Source of the DNA: an uncultured Lachnospiraceae bacterium
GTDB taxonomy: Bacteria; Bacillota; Clostridia; Lachnospirales; Lachnospiraceae
DNA: 64,000 bases
Direction: 5' to 3'
Assembly: GCA_947648875.1 (NCBI GenBank)
Contig: CANSPM010000011.1
Location: forward strand, 4,490 to 68,489
In this document: piece by piece, positions 9,994-20,178 of the stretch
Layout: each line of letters begins with the position of its first letter
How positions within the stretch are numbered: the stretch's first letter is position 1
Program-made: the position numbers and the translations under genes
Notes under the pieces: generated by a model
Databases searched by the model: none
What the model was told of the DNA's origin: nothing
The model's input: the letters and a program-made list of their open reading frames with translations, nothing else

Positions 9994-11430
9994 ATGTTAA
10001 GTGTAAGTATTGTGGTTACCATAATATTGGCTATTGTGTTTGTCGTAATCATCTTTTTGACCGGATATGTGAAGGCTTCGCCGGATACGGCTCTGATTAT
10101 ATCCGGCATGCGCCGGAAACCCAAGGTGCTGATCGGCAAGGCGGGGGTGAAGATCCCGTTTCTGGAGAGGAAGGATGAGCTGAACCTGCAACTGATTCCC
10201 ATCGACGTAAAGACTTCCACAGCGGTTCCCACCGCAGACTATATCAATATCAAGGTGGACGCCACAGTCAATGTGAAGATCAGCGACAATGAGGAAAGGC
10301 TCAAGCTGGCTGCCCAGAACTTCCTGAACAAGAAACCCGACTATATCGGCGGTGTGGCGCGGGAAGTGCTGGAGGGCAATGTACGTGAAATCGTGGGCAA
10401 GATGGCCCTGGAGGAGATGGTCAGCGACCGGCAGAAATTCGCGGTTCTGGTAAAAGAGAACGCGGAGCCGGACTTGGCCGCCATGGGTCTGGATATCATC
10501 AGCTTTAATGTACAGAATTTTGTGGACAACAACAGTGTAATCGAGAATCTGGGTGTGGACAATATTGTCAAGATTCAGAAGAACGCCGCCATCTCCAGGG
10601 CGGACAGCGAGAAAGAGATCGCCAAGGCCCAGGCCAATGCCAAGAGGGAGGCCAACGAGGCGGAGGTGAACGCGGAGACGGAAATCGCCATCAAGCAGAA
10701 CGAACTGGCGATAAAGAAAGCGGAACTGAAAAAGGTGTCCGATGTGAAAAAAGCCGAGGCGGACGCGGCCTATACAATTCAGGAGCAGGAACAGCGCAAG
10801 ACGGTGGAGATCACTACCGCCAACGCCAATATCGCAAAGCAGGAGAAGGAGATTCTGCTGAAGCAGAAAGAGGTGGAGATAGCGGAGCAGATGCTGGAGG
10901 CGCAGGTCAAGAAGAAAGCGGAGGCGGATAAGTTCGCCAAGCAGCAGCAGGCGGACGCCCAGCTGTATGAGCGCCAGAGAGAGGCGGAGGCCCGGAAATT
11001 CGAGACGGAGAAGGAGGCCGAGGCCATGAAGGCCCAGGCCGAAGCACAGAAGTATAAGATGGAGCAGGAGGCCGAAGGTATCAGAACCAAGGGTCTGGCG
11101 GAAGCGGAGGCTATCCGTGCCAAATCTGTGGCGGAGGCGGATGGTATTGAGAAGAAAGCGGAGGCCATGGCCAAGATGGGCGAGGCCGCTGTATTGGAGA
11201 TGTACTTCAAGGCTCTGCCCGAGGTAGTTAGAAATGCCGCCGCTCCTCTGGAAAAGGTGGAAAAGATCACCATGTACGGAGACGGCAACAGCGCCAAGCT
11301 GACCAGAGATATTATCAATACGGTCAATCAGGTGACGGATGGCCTGAAGGAATCCACAGGGGTAGACTTAAGTGCCGTATTGTCCGGCTTTCTGGCCGGG
11401 AAAGCGGCAAGGGCAACAGGAGACGAGTGA
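9994..11430 (+). CDS. floT: Flotillin-like SPFH/band-7 protein (FloT/YuaG type)
   Basis: ATG at 9994 follows AAAGGAG. It has an N-terminal TM hairpin, an SPFH domain ('LIISGMRRKPKVLIGKAG...') and a long Ala/Glu/Lys-rich coiled coil typical of flotillins. Confidence 0.8.
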   Translation: MLSVSIVVTIILAIVFVVIIFLTGYVKASPDTALIISGMRRKPKVLIGKAGVKIPFLERKDELNLQLIPIDVKTSTAVPTADYINIKVDATVNVKISDNEERLKLAAQNFLNKKPDYIGGVAREVLEGNVREIVGKMALEEMVSDRQKFAVLVKENAEPDLAAMGLDIISFNVQNFVDNNSVIENLGVDNIVKIQKNAAISRADSEKEIAKAQANAKREANEAEVNAETEIAIKQNELAIKKAELKKVSDVKKAEADAAYTIQEQEQRKTVEITTANANIAKQEKEILLKQKEVEIAEQMLEAQVKKKAEADKFAKQQQADAQLYERQREAEARKFETEKEAEAMKAQAEAQKYKMEQEAEGIRTKGLAEAEAIRAKSVAEADGIEKKAEAMAKMGEAAVLEMYFKALPEVVRNAAAPLEKVEKITMYGDGNSAKLTRDIINTVNQVTDGLKESTGVDLSAVLSGFLAGKAARATGDE

Positions 11431-11452
11431 GATTCTATTGTGATTTAGGAGG

Positions 11453-11485
11453 ACGGGGCGCTGCCTTATCAGGGCAGCGCCCCGT
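11453..11485 (+). terminator. GC-rich hairpin after floT (terminator candidate without a clear U-tract)
   Basis: ACGGGGCGCTGCC / GGCAGCGCCCCGT forms a 13-bp perfect stem with a 7-nt loop. Confidence 0.45.
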
Positions 11486-11529
11486 GAGGTATTCGGATCA
11501 GGGACAGGTTTAGGAAAAGGAGACGCATC

Positions 11530-12756
11530 ATGGAAAAGGTATTAGATCGTTTTTTACGGTATGTGCAGATTGACACTTGCTCGGATGAGGAGAGTGACAC
11601 CCATCCCAGCACATTGAAACAGCATGATCTGGCAAAGCTGTTGGTGAATGAACTACAGAATATGGGAGCCGCAGATATTAGCTATGATAAGGAGCACTGT
11701 TATGTTTACGCCTCCGTACCTGCCTCGGAGGGCTATGAGGACAGGCCTGCAATAGGTTTTATCGCTCATATGGACACCTCCCCGGCCATGAGCGGAGCCG
11801 GAGTGAAACCCAGAATTGTCAGCGATTATGACGGAGAGGATATTGTACTAAATCCGGAACTTGGTATCGTGCTGCGGACGTCGGATTTTCCGGAGATTCG
11901 CAAATACCGGGGGCAGGATCTGGTTGTCACCGACGGCACCACGCTGCTGGGAGCGGATGATAAGGCAGGGGTGGCGGAGATCATGACCATGGCGGAATAC
12001 TTTTTGAGTCATCCAAAGATTCCCCATGGAAAGATTCGGATTGGATTTACTCCCGATGAGGAAATCGGCGCGGGGGCGGATTTTTTTGATGTGGCATTAT
12101 TCGGAGCTGCGGCGGCCTATACTGTGGACGGCGGGGCTTTGGGGGAATTGGAGTATGAAAATTTCAACGCTGCCGGTGCCAAACTTTATATACAGGGATG
12201 TAGCGTCCATCCGGGTTCGGCCAAGGGGAAGATGAAGAATGCCATTCTGATTGCGCAGGAGTTCCAGAGTATGCTGCCTGTCTGTGAGAATCCCATGTAT
12301 ACGGAGGGGTATGAGGGCTTTTTTCATCTGGACAGCATGCAGGGCAATGTGGAGACGGTGCGGGCGGATTATATTATTCGGGATCATGATCGGACCCTAT
12401 TTGAAGAAAAAAAGACATTTTTTAACAATGTGGCTGATTTTTTGAACATGAAATATGGCGCAGGCACTGTCACGGTGGATATGAAAGATTCCTACTATAA
12501 CATGAGGGAAGTTATGGAAGAGCATATGGACCTGGTGGACAGGGCGGTGGAGGTCATGGAAGAACAGGGGATCAGGCCCGTCATCACTCCCATCCGGGGC
12601 GGCACCGACGGCGCCAGGCTGTCCTTTATGGGGCTTCCGTGTCCCAATATCTGTACCGGAGGGGAAAACTGTCACGGCAAGTTTGAGTATGCCTGTGTGC
12701 AGTCCATGGAGCAGGTGGTGAAGCTGTTGGCCGGACTTGTGAGAAGGTTTATATGA
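11530..12756 (+). CDS. pepT: Peptidase T (tripeptide aminopeptidase, M20B)
   Basis: 408 aa. '[13 protein letters not shown]', '[10 protein letters not shown]', '[12 protein letters not shown]' and 'TPDEEIG' are present. Confidence 0.9.
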   Translation: MEKVLDRFLRYVQIDTCSDEESDTHPSTLKQHDLAKLLVNELQNMGAADISYDKEHCYVYASVPASEGYEDRPAIGFIAHMDTSPAMSGAGVKPRIVSDYDGEDIVLNPELGIVLRTSDFPEIRKYRGQDLVVTDGTTLLGADDKAGVAEIMTMAEYFLSHPKIPHGKIRIGFTPDEEIGAGADFFDVALFGAAAAYTVDGGALGELEYENFNAAGAKLYIQGCSVHPGSAKGKMKNAILIAQEFQSMLPVCENPMYTEGYEGFFHLDSMQGNVETVRADYIIRDHDRTLFEEKKTFFNNVADFLNMKYGAGTVTVDMKDSYYNMREVMEEHMDLVDRAVEVMEEQGIRPVITPIRGGTDGARLSFMGLPCPNICTGGENCHGKFEYACVQSMEQVVKLLAGLVRRFI

Positions 12757-12955
12757 TTTCTTAAACGTTTCGACTAAATGGGTCAATGAAATGACCAGTA
12801 GGGTCAAGAGATTGTCCGGCCACAGATAAATCCTGGATTCTTATGGAAGTCAGTCTGCAAGTCTGGTATCTTACCAGATCTGCATTTGCCTGATTATGCG
12901 GCATCATAGAGAAAGTTGCGAATGGATATGATGGAAAGGGAAAAAGTTAAGAAAA

Positions 12956-14416
12956 ATGTTTAATGAAATTGATTTAGATAAAATAGATATAGATTCAGGT
13001 CCACCAATAGAAGAACCCGCCCGCCAGTATTATTTCATAGCAAAGTGCCGGGAATGGGTTCGCAGATTTTGTGAAAATTATGGACGCTGTCCAACGGCTT
13101 CGATCCAAACCTTCGGGTGTCAGATGAACGCCAGGGATTCCGAGAAACTTTTGGGGATTTTGCGCCAGGCAGGCTATGACATAACAGAGGAGGAGAGCGC
13201 GGATTTCGTGCTCTTCAATACATGCACGGTTCGGGATAATGCCAATCAGAGGGTCTATGGCCGTCTGGGGGAACTGAAAAGCCTTAAGAAGCAGAATCCG
13301 GCCATGAAGATTGCTCTGTGCGGATGTATGATGCAGGAACCCACAGTGATTGAGAAACTCCGCGCAAGCTACCGCTTTGTGGATCTGATTTTTGGCACCC
13401 ACAATATTTTCCGGTTTGCGGAACTGCTTTGCAGAACTTATGAAGAGCAGGGTATGATCGTTGATATCTGGGAGGACACGGAACAGATCGTGGAGGATTT
13501 GCCGGTGGAGCGCAAGTATCCATTCAAGTCGGGCATTAATATTATGTTTGGGTGCAACAATTTTTGTAGCTACTGCATTGTGCCCTATGTGCGCGGCAGG
13601 GAACGCAGTCGGGAGCCGGAGGACATTCTTCGGGAGATTCGCCAGCTGGCCGCTCAGGGCGTGGCGGAAGTCATGCTGCTGGGGCAGAATGTAAACTCTT
13701 ACGGCAGAAATCTGAAAAAACCCATAAACTTTGCAGGGCTTCTCCGGGAGGTGGAAAAGATAGAGGGCGTGGAGAGGATTCGGTTTATGACTTCTCATCC
13801 CAAAGATCTGTCGGACGAGCTGATTGAGGTGATGAAGGAGTCCGGGAAGATCTGCCGTCATCTGCATCTGCCTCTGCAATCCGGTTCCAACCGGATTCTG
13901 GAGCGAATGAACCGCCGGTACACCAAAGAGCAGTACCTGGCTCTGGCACAAAAGATTCGGCAGGAGATTCCGGATATTGCCATCACTACGGACATCATTG
14001 TTGGATTTCCAGGGGAGACCATGGAGGATGTGGAGGATACCATAGATGTGATCCGACAGGTGAGATACGACAATGCGTTTACCTTTATCTATTCCAAACG
14101 CACGGGAACCCCGGCGGCGGCTATGCCTGACCAGGTGCCGGAGGAGCAGGTCCGGGAAGGATTTGACAGGGTATTGAAGGTTGTACAGGACACTGCCAGA
14201 GAGCAGGTAGCCCGATATCAGGGACAGGTGGCAAAGGTCCTGGTGGAGGAGATAAATGACCATGATGAAAGTCTGCTCACAGGCCGTATGTCCAACAATA
14301 CGCTGGTTCATTTTCCAGGTTCGCCAGAGCTTATTGGCCGGATTGTCCCGGTTGCTCTGGAAAAGTGTCAGGGGTTCTATTATATGGGGCGACTGTTATT
14401 GGAGACAGACGGTTGA
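12956..14416 (+). CDS. miaB: tRNA (i6A37) methylthiotransferase MiaB
   Basis: N-terminal UPF0004 'TFGCQMNARDSE', radical-SAM 'CNNFCSYCIVP', and a C-terminal TRAM-like region. Confidence 0.9.
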   Translation: MFNEIDLDKIDIDSGPPIEEPARQYYFIAKCREWVRRFCENYGRCPTASIQTFGCQMNARDSEKLLGILRQAGYDITEEESADFVLFNTCTVRDNANQRVYGRLGELKSLKKQNPAMKIALCGCMMQEPTVIEKLRASYRFVDLIFGTHNIFRFAELLCRTYEEQGMIVDIWEDTEQIVEDLPVERKYPFKSGINIMFGCNNFCSYCIVPYVRGRERSREPEDILREIRQLAAQGVAEVMLLGQNVNSYGRNLKKPINFAGLLREVEKIEGVERIRFMTSHPKDLSDELIEVMKESGKICRHLHLPLQSGSNRILERMNRRYTKEQYLALAQKIRQEIPDIAITTDIIVGFPGETMEDVEDTIDVIRQVRYDNAFTFIYSKRTGTPAAAMPDQVPEEQVREGFDRVLKVVQDTAREQVARYQGQVAKVLVEEINDHDESLLTGRMSNNTLVHFPGSPELIGRIVPVALEKCQGFYYMGRLLLETDG

Positions 14417-14501
14417 TTTTGAAAACAGTATGCAGGACGGGGCTGGCAGTAATGGCGTGGGGATGTATAGCGTCCGGTGTCAGTGCGAGGAGGAAAACGT
14501 G

Positions 14502-17084
14502 ATGACAAAGCAGCAGTTCAGGGATTTTTGTAAAGACAGATTTATCCTGCTGGACGGAGCCACGGGCTCCAATCTGATCAAGAGGGGAATGCCCGGGGGC
14601 GTGTGCCCGGAACAGTGGATTCTGGAGCATCCCCGGGTGCTGGTGGAATTACAGAAAAGTTATGTGGAGGCGGGAAGCAACATTCTATATGCTCCCACTT
14701 TTACGGCGAACCGGATCAAACTGAAGGAGTACGGGCTGGCAAATCGACAGGCTGATATAATAGAAGCGTTGGTAGCTCTGACCAGAGAGGCGGCGGGCAG
14801 AGGGGGGCCGGAGCCTGCCTCGGAGGTTCTGGTGGCCGGAGATCTGACCATGACGGGACAGCAGCTAAGGCCCATGGGCAGCATGGATCTGGAGACTCTG
14901 ATTGAGGTATATAAAGAACAGATTCAGCTGATGGAGAAAGCCGGTGTGGACCTGCTGGCAGTGGAGACCATGATGAGCCTGGGGGAGACCCGGGCGGCGC
15001 TGATTGCCGCCAGAGAAGTCACACAGCTGCCTGTGATGGTTACCATGACCTTTGAGTCTCAGGGACGCACGCTCTTTGGCACGGATGCTCGGACGGCGGC
15101 CGTTGTACTGGAAAGCCTGGGGGCGGATGCCATCGGGGTAAACTGTTCCACCGGACCTGCGAAGATGAGGGAGATCGTGGAGGCTATGGCGGAGGTCAGC
15201 AGCTTGCCGCTGATCGCCAAGCCCAACGCGGGGCTGCCCGGGGTAAACGAACAGGGACAGACGATATATGATATGGACTGCGACACTTTCGTCGGTGAAA
15301 TGGAGGAATTGGTGTCGGCGGGAGCCGCGATTCTGGGGGGCTGCTGCGGCACGGACCCCGTCTACATCGCGGGGCTGAAACGCCTCACACAGGGAAGAAA
15401 ACCTGTGGAGAGGGGGAGACGTCCCCAGGGTATCCGTTATCTGACCAGTGAACGGCAAACACTGGCTTTTGGCCTGGAGGATCCTTTCATGATTGTGGGA
15501 GAGCGGATCAACCCTACCGGAAAGAAAAAACTACAGGAACAGCTCCGAAACGGCTGTATGGATCTGGTGCTACAGTTTGCGCAGGAGCAGGAGGACTGCG
15601 GGGCCTCCATTTTGGATGTGAATATGGGAATGAGCGGTATTGACGAAAAAGCCATGATGTTGCGGGTGCTGGAGGAGGTGCAGGGGGTGACGGATCTGCC
15701 ACTGTCTCTGGACTCCAGCCATGTGGAAGTGCTGGAGGCCGCGCTGCGCCATTATCCAGGCAGGGCGTTGGTGAACTCAGTTTCCTATGAGGCGGAGAAG
15801 ATTGAAAAACTACTGCCCATAGTGCAGAAATATGGGGCTATGTTTATCCTGCTGCCTCTATCGGATGAGGGGCTTCCCAGGAATTTGGAGGAAAAAAAGG
15901 AAATCATTGACCGCATCGTGACCCGGGCGCTGGAACTTGGCATGCACAGGGAGGATATTGTGGTGGACGGTCTGGTGACCACCATCGGCGCCAACGGGCA
16001 GGCGGGCCTGGAGACCCTGGAGACCATCCGCTACTGCAAAAAGCAGGACCTGGCGACGATTTGCGGGTTGTCTAATATCTCCTTTGGCATGCCCGCGAGA
16101 CCCTATGTGAACACCGCTTTTCTGACCATGGCCATCTATGAGGGACTGACCATGGCCATCGCCAATCCCTCCCAGGAGATGCTGGTCTGCGGGGCCCTGG
16201 CGACGGATATGCTGAAAGCCAGAAAGGACGCGGATTTGCGATATATTCAGTACGCGACCCAATTTAAGCCTGCGGCCGGGAATAAAGTCGCGCAAGACAG
16301 CGGGCGGAGCGCTGTAAACCAAGGACAGAGCCCCGTGAGCGACGGGACGGCAGATGCAGGACAGGGGGATTCTGGCAATATAGGGACTGATTTTGTCCTT
16401 GCCGACAACAGCGGCAAAAACGTTTCAGCGGCCCATGCGCCCGGGACGCATCTGGAGCGGATCTCGGACGCCGTGTTAAAGGGAAATCGCAACGGTATCG
16501 CCGCCATGACCGGGCAGGCCCTTTTGGAGGGAGAGGACCCCGGAAGATTGTTAAACGAGAGTCTTCTGCCTGCAATCAACAGAGTGGGAGATCTGTTCGA
16601 ACAGAAAAAATATTTTCTGCCCCAGCTGATTGCCAGTGCCGAGGCCATGAAGAACGCCATCGAGGTGCTGGAGCCGTATCTGCTGAAGGAGCAGGACGGG
16701 GATTCCATGCCGGTGGTGGTCATTGCCACCGTGGAGGGGGATATTCATGATATCGGCAAAAATCTGGTGGCGCTGATGCTGAAAAATTATGGCTTTCAGG
16801 TGATAGACCTGGGCAAAGATGTGCCGAAGGAAACCATCATACAGGCGGCGAAGGAGCATCATGCGGATATCATCGCCCTGTCGGCGCTGATGACCACCAC
16901 GATGCAGCGGATGCGGGAGGTGGTAGCCCTTGCCAGAGAAGAGAGAGTGACTGCCAGAATCATGATCGGGGGCGCCGTGATCACCCAGGAATACGCGGAA
17001 GAGATCCAGGCGGACGGCTACTCCAAAGACGCGGCGGAGGCGGTGAAACTGGCCAGGCGTCTGCTGGGTCTGATAAACACATAG
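14502..17084 (+). CDS. metH: Cobalamin-dependent methionine synthase, three-module form (Hcy-binding, pterin-binding, B12-binding) lacking the AdoMet activation domain
   Basis: ATG at 14502 follows GAGGAGGAAAAC. Motifs are 'LLDGATGSNL', 'GGCCGT', pterin module 'GERINPTGKKKL' and B12 motif 'EGDIHDIGKNLV' (DxHxxG). The upstream ORF extension from 14256 overlaps miaB and is rejected. Confidence 0.85.
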   Translation: MTKQQFRDFCKDRFILLDGATGSNLIKRGMPGGVCPEQWILEHPRVLVELQKSYVEAGSNILYAPTFTANRIKLKEYGLANRQADIIEALVALTREAAGRGGPEPASEVLVAGDLTMTGQQLRPMGSMDLETLIEVYKEQIQLMEKAGVDLLAVETMMSLGETRAALIAAREVTQLPVMVTMTFESQGRTLFGTDARTAAVVLESLGADAIGVNCSTGPAKMREIVEAMAEVSSLPLIAKPNAGLPGVNEQGQTIYDMDCDTFVGEMEELVSAGAAILGGCCGTDPVYIAGLKRLTQGRKPVERGRRPQGIRYLTSERQTLAFGLEDPFMIVGERINPTGKKKLQEQLRNGCMDLVLQFAQEQEDCGASILDVNMGMSGIDEKAMMLRVLEEVQGVTDLPLSLDSSHVEVLEAALRHYPGRALVNSVSYEAEKIEKLLPIVQKYGAMFILLPLSDEGLPRNLEEKKEIIDRIVTRALELGMHREDIVVDGLVTTIGANGQAGLETLETIRYCKKQDLATICGLSNISFGMPARPYVNTAFLTMAIYEGLTMAIANPSQEMLVCGALATDMLKARKDADLRYIQYATQFKPAAGNKVAQDSGRSAVNQGQSPVSDGTADAGQGDSGNIGTDFVLADNSGKNVSAAHAPGTHLERISDAVLKGNRNGIAAMTGQALLEGEDPGRLLNESLLPAINRVGDLFEQKKYFLPQLIASAEAMKNAIEVLEPYLLKEQDGDSMPVVVIATVEGDIHDIGKNLVALMLKNYGFQVIDLGKDVPKETIIQAAKEHHADIIALSALMTTTMQRMREVVALAREERVTARIMIGGAVITQEYAEEIQADGYSKDAAEAVKLARRLLGLINT

Positions 17085-17186
17085 GGACAAAATTTTTTCA
17101 GACCCATGAGGACAGATATAACAGAAGGAGAGCGCATACAGGCAATTATTTAAAAAGGCTGCCTGTCCGGGAAGGGGAGAAGGATT

Positions 17187-17807
17187 GTGAAAGAAGAGGA
17201 ATTGCAGACGGCAGGATGGGACGCCATCGCCGGGGAATGTGAGAGGGTTTATGGAGGGGCGCTGCTGGAGCACTATCGTACTATGCTTAACTGGAGACTT
17301 GGCGGCAAGGACCCGCTGGAGGGAATAGACGTTTATGACGGCGGGGATTACTGGCATTTTGTGACTTACGGAATGTCGGAGCTGTATGAGAAGGAATTTG
17401 ACGATCCGGAGTACAGCGGCTATGGGATGGAGTTTACCTTCCGACTCAAAAAGGATGAATATGAGGACGAGAGGGCGGAATGGATGTGCGTCTGCGGAAT
17501 TTTGCAGGACCTGGCCCGCCTCACTTTCGATCAGGGAGAACTCTTTAACGTCTGGGAATATGTGTATACCGGCCAGACGCAGGGGATAGACGTCAAAAGG
17601 CGGTCAAATATCACCGGATTAATCACGGCCCCGGACAGCAGGCTCCAGACCCTGGACACTCCCAACGGAAAAGTGGAGTTCGTGGAATTTATCGGTGTGA
17701 CCGACCGGGAATTGCTGGCCATTCAGCATGGAGAGACGACGGTGAAGGAATTGTTTGACAGATTGGGGAGCGGAGTGACGGATTATAACAGGGATTCTTT
17801 CTATTAG
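17187..17807 (+). CDS. Suppressor-of-fused (SUFU) domain protein
   Basis: 206 aa. GTG start follows GGGGAGAAGG. 'GWDAI....RVYG', 'RLGGKDPLEGIDVY' and 'WHFVTYGMSELYEKEFDDPEYSGYGMEFTFRLKK' are very similar to bacterial SUFU-family proteins. Confidence 0.8.
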   Translation: MKEEELQTAGWDAIAGECERVYGGALLEHYRTMLNWRLGGKDPLEGIDVYDGGDYWHFVTYGMSELYEKEFDDPEYSGYGMEFTFRLKKDEYEDERAEWMCVCGILQDLARLTFDQGELFNVWEYVYTGQTQGIDVKRRSNITGLITAPDSRLQTLDTPNGKVEFVEFIGVTDRELLAIQHGETTVKELFDRLGSGVTDYNRDSFY

Positions 17808-17833
17808 AGAAAAAATCTGGTTAAATCTATGAC

Positions 17834-17862
17834 TTGTATACCACAATTCATTGTGTTAAAAT
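17834..17862 (+). promoter_or_regulatory. SigA-type promoter upstream of ilvB
   Basis: TTGTAT (17834-17839), 17-nt spacer, extended -10 TGtTAAAAT (17854-17862). Confidence 0.5.
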
Positions 17863-17927
17863 GGGAAAATCAAAACAGGGGATGCGCAAAGCAAAAGGAC
17901 CGGCAATCCTAAGTTCAGGAGGTTTAT

Positions 17928-19544
17928 ATGATAGGTGCAGATGCCATAATCAAATGTCTGGAGGAAGAGGGCGTAAAATATGTGTTCGGTTACCCCGGCG
18001 TAGCTATATGCCCATTTTATAATAGTATCCTGCAATCGGAGATTCAAACCATACTGATCCGCACGGAGCAGAACGCGGCCCATGCGGCCAGCGGTATGGC
18101 CCGGCTCACGGGCAGACCAGGGGTCTGCGCCGTCACCAGCGGCCCGGGCGCGACCAATGTGATCACCGGGATTGCCACCGCCTTTGCGGACAGCATTCCT
18201 CTGGTGTGCATCACCGGACAGGTACATACGGATCTGCTGGGCAGCGACTCTTTTCAGGAGGCGGATATCACCGGAGCCGTGGAGTCCTTTGTCAAATACA
18301 GCTATCTGGTAAAGAATGTGGCGGACATTCCCCGGATTTTCAGGGAGGCCTTCCATATCGCGAATACCGGTCGCAGAGGTCCTGTACTCATTGATATTCC
18401 GATCAATATCCAGAATGCTCCCATCAGCAAGTTCCAGTATCCGGCAGAGGTCAATATGCGCACCTACAAGCCCACGGTCAAGGGCCATGCGGTACAGATC
18501 AAGAAGGTGATCCGGGAACTGGAGAGGGCGAAGCGTCCCATCATCTGTGTGGGCGGCGGCGTACTGCTCAGTGAGGCCAGAGACGATCTGCGGGAGTTTG
18601 TGGAAAAATACCGGATTCCGGTGGTGTCTACCATGATGGGAATCAGCGTTATGCCCACGGAGCATCCTCTGTACTTCGGCATGGTGGGCAACCACGGCAA
18701 AGCCTGCGCCAACAGGGCCATGAACGAATCGGATCTGCTCATTATGGCTGGTGCCAGAGTGGCGGACCGGGCGGTGAGCCAGCCGGACCTGATCACCAGA
18801 GACAAAGTGCTGGTGCATATCGACGTGGACCCGGCGGAAATCGGCAAGAACGCGGGGCCTACCATACCGCTGGTGGGCGATGTGAAACATATTTTCCAGG
18901 ATTTTGCCAGGGAGGAGTTCAACTGCGAGCATGAGGAATGGCTTCAGACTCTGGAGGAATACAGAAGGACGCTGGTCGTCATGCGCAGTCCCAATCCGGC
19001 CTATGTGGACCCGGCGGCCTTTATCACCCGGTTGTCCGAGAAGATGGACCCCGACGGGGTTTACGTGGCGGATGTGGGGCAGAATCAAATCTGGTCCTGT
19101 AGTTATCATATTGTAAAGGAGGGACGTTTTCTGACTTCCGGCGGCATGGGAACCATGGGGTATTCCATTCCTGCGGCTATGGGCGCCAAGCTCGCTGACA
19201 AAAGGCGTCAGGTAATCGCCGTGTGCGGAGACGGTTCTTTCCAGATGTCCATGATGGAATTGGCCACCATGCGCCAGTATGACATTCCGGTCAAGATCAT
19301 TGTTCTGAAAAACGGCTATTTGGGTATGGTACGGGAGTACCAGCACTACACTTATAAGGATCATTACTCGGTGGTGGATCTCTCTGGCAGTCCCATGCTG
19401 GATAAGATTGCGGCGGCTTATGATATGCGGTATCAGCTGCTGGAAAATATGGGGCGGGTGGAGGAAGTGCTGGACACCTTTTTGGGAGATGACAAGTCGG
19501 TGCTGTTGGAGTGTCTGGTTGACCCCATGGACCTGGTGAAGTGA
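17928..19544 (+). CDS. ilvB: Acetolactate synthase large (catalytic) subunit
   Basis: 538 aa. ThDP enzyme motifs 'GYPG', 'GPGATN' and 'GGMGTMGYSIPAAMGA...GDGSFQM' are present. Confidence 0.9.
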   Translation: MIGADAIIKCLEEEGVKYVFGYPGVAICPFYNSILQSEIQTILIRTEQNAAHAASGMARLTGRPGVCAVTSGPGATNVITGIATAFADSIPLVCITGQVHTDLLGSDSFQEADITGAVESFVKYSYLVKNVADIPRIFREAFHIANTGRRGPVLIDIPINIQNAPISKFQYPAEVNMRTYKPTVKGHAVQIKKVIRELERAKRPIICVGGGVLLSEARDDLREFVEKYRIPVVSTMMGISVMPTEHPLYFGMVGNHGKACANRAMNESDLLIMAGARVADRAVSQPDLITRDKVLVHIDVDPAEIGKNAGPTIPLVGDVKHIFQDFAREEFNCEHEEWLQTLEEYRRTLVVMRSPNPAYVDPAAFITRLSEKMDPDGVYVADVGQNQIWSCSYHIVKEGRFLTSGGMGTMGYSIPAAMGAKLADKRRQVIAVCGDGSFQMSMMELATMRQYDIPVKIIVLKNGYLGMVREYQHYTYKDHYSVVDLSGSPMLDKIAAAYDMRYQLLENMGRVEEVLDTFLGDDKSVLLECLVDPMDLVK

Positions 19545-19621
19545 AGTCAGAAACCGATTAGCGCGGTATTGCAGGCCAATGATAGATTTTGCGTCCGTCA
19601 AAGCGGACAAGGGGTGTAAAG

Positions 19622-20113
19622 ATGAGAAAGAGAATTTATTCCGTTCTGGTGGAGAACCGCTCCGGCGTACTGGGCAAGGTGGCAGGGCTTTTTGCCAGAA
19701 GATGCTTTAATATTGACTCCCTGACTGTGGGGGAGACCGACGATCCGGAGATATCCTGTATGACCATTGTCAGCAGCGGGGACGAGCGCACCATTGAACA
19801 GATCGAAAAACAGCTGAACAAAAAGCTGGATGTGATCAAAGTCAAAACATTTGACGAGACCCAGAGCGTGAGCCGGGAATTGATGCTGGTAAAGGTGCGT
19901 CACAACAAGGGCAACCGGCGGGAGATTACGGAGATCTGTGAGATTCTGCGGGCGGAGATCGTGGATATGTCCAAACATTTTATGATGATTCAGATCTGTG
20001 ACACACCGGAGAGAACCAAACTTCTGCTGACTATGCTACAGTCTATCAGCATTGCGGAGGTGGCCCGCACAGGGACCCTGGCGCTGGCAAAATGTAGTGA
20101 AAATGACGATTAA
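19622..20113 (+). CDS. ilvN: Acetolactate synthase small (regulatory, ACT-domain) subunit, copy 1
   Basis: ATG at 19622. 'YSVLVENRSGVLGKVAGLFARRCFNIDSLTVGETDDP' is the IlvN/IlvH ACT signature. Confidence 0.85.
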   Translation: MRKRIYSVLVENRSGVLGKVAGLFARRCFNIDSLTVGETDDPEISCMTIVSSGDERTIEQIEKQLNKKLDVIKVKTFDETQSVSRELMLVKVRHNKGNRREITEICEILRAEIVDMSKHFMMIQICDTPERTKLLLTMLQSISIAEVARTGTLALAKCSENDD

Positions 20114-20149
20114 GCGGGTTGGCAGAGAAGAGGCGGGTTTAAAATGGGG

Positions 20150-20178
20150 TTGACATTCATACTTTATCTTGCTAAAAT
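20150..20178 (+). promoter_or_regulatory. Near-consensus internal SigA promoter ahead of the second ilvN copy and ilvC
   Basis: TTGACA (20150-20155), exactly 17-nt spacer, extended -10 TGcTAAAAT (20170-20178). A leader of about 125 nt follows. Confidence 0.6.

Noticed and set aside
10560-11200. Repetitive Ala/Glu/Lys-coding stretch
   Set aside because: This is the expected coiled-coil (flotillin EA-repeat) region of FloT-like proteins, not an independent repeat element.
12995-14311. 438-aa ORF on the minus strand
   Set aside because: It lies entirely antisense to miaB, whose product has unmistakable radical-SAM/MiaB motifs. The antisense product is Leu/Arg/His/Gln-rich with no recognisable motif or RBS. 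It is a typical shadow ORF.
14256-14501. N-terminal 82-aa extension of the metH ORF overlapping the end of miaB
   Set aside because: The extension has no similarity to MetH. The ATG at 14502 has a strong GAGGAGG RBS and begins the conserved Hcy-binding domain.
17856-19610. 584-aa ORF on the minus strand
   Set aside because: It is antisense to ilvB (clear ThDP enzyme motifs on the + strand). The composition is His/Arg/Gly-rich and it is not family-like.
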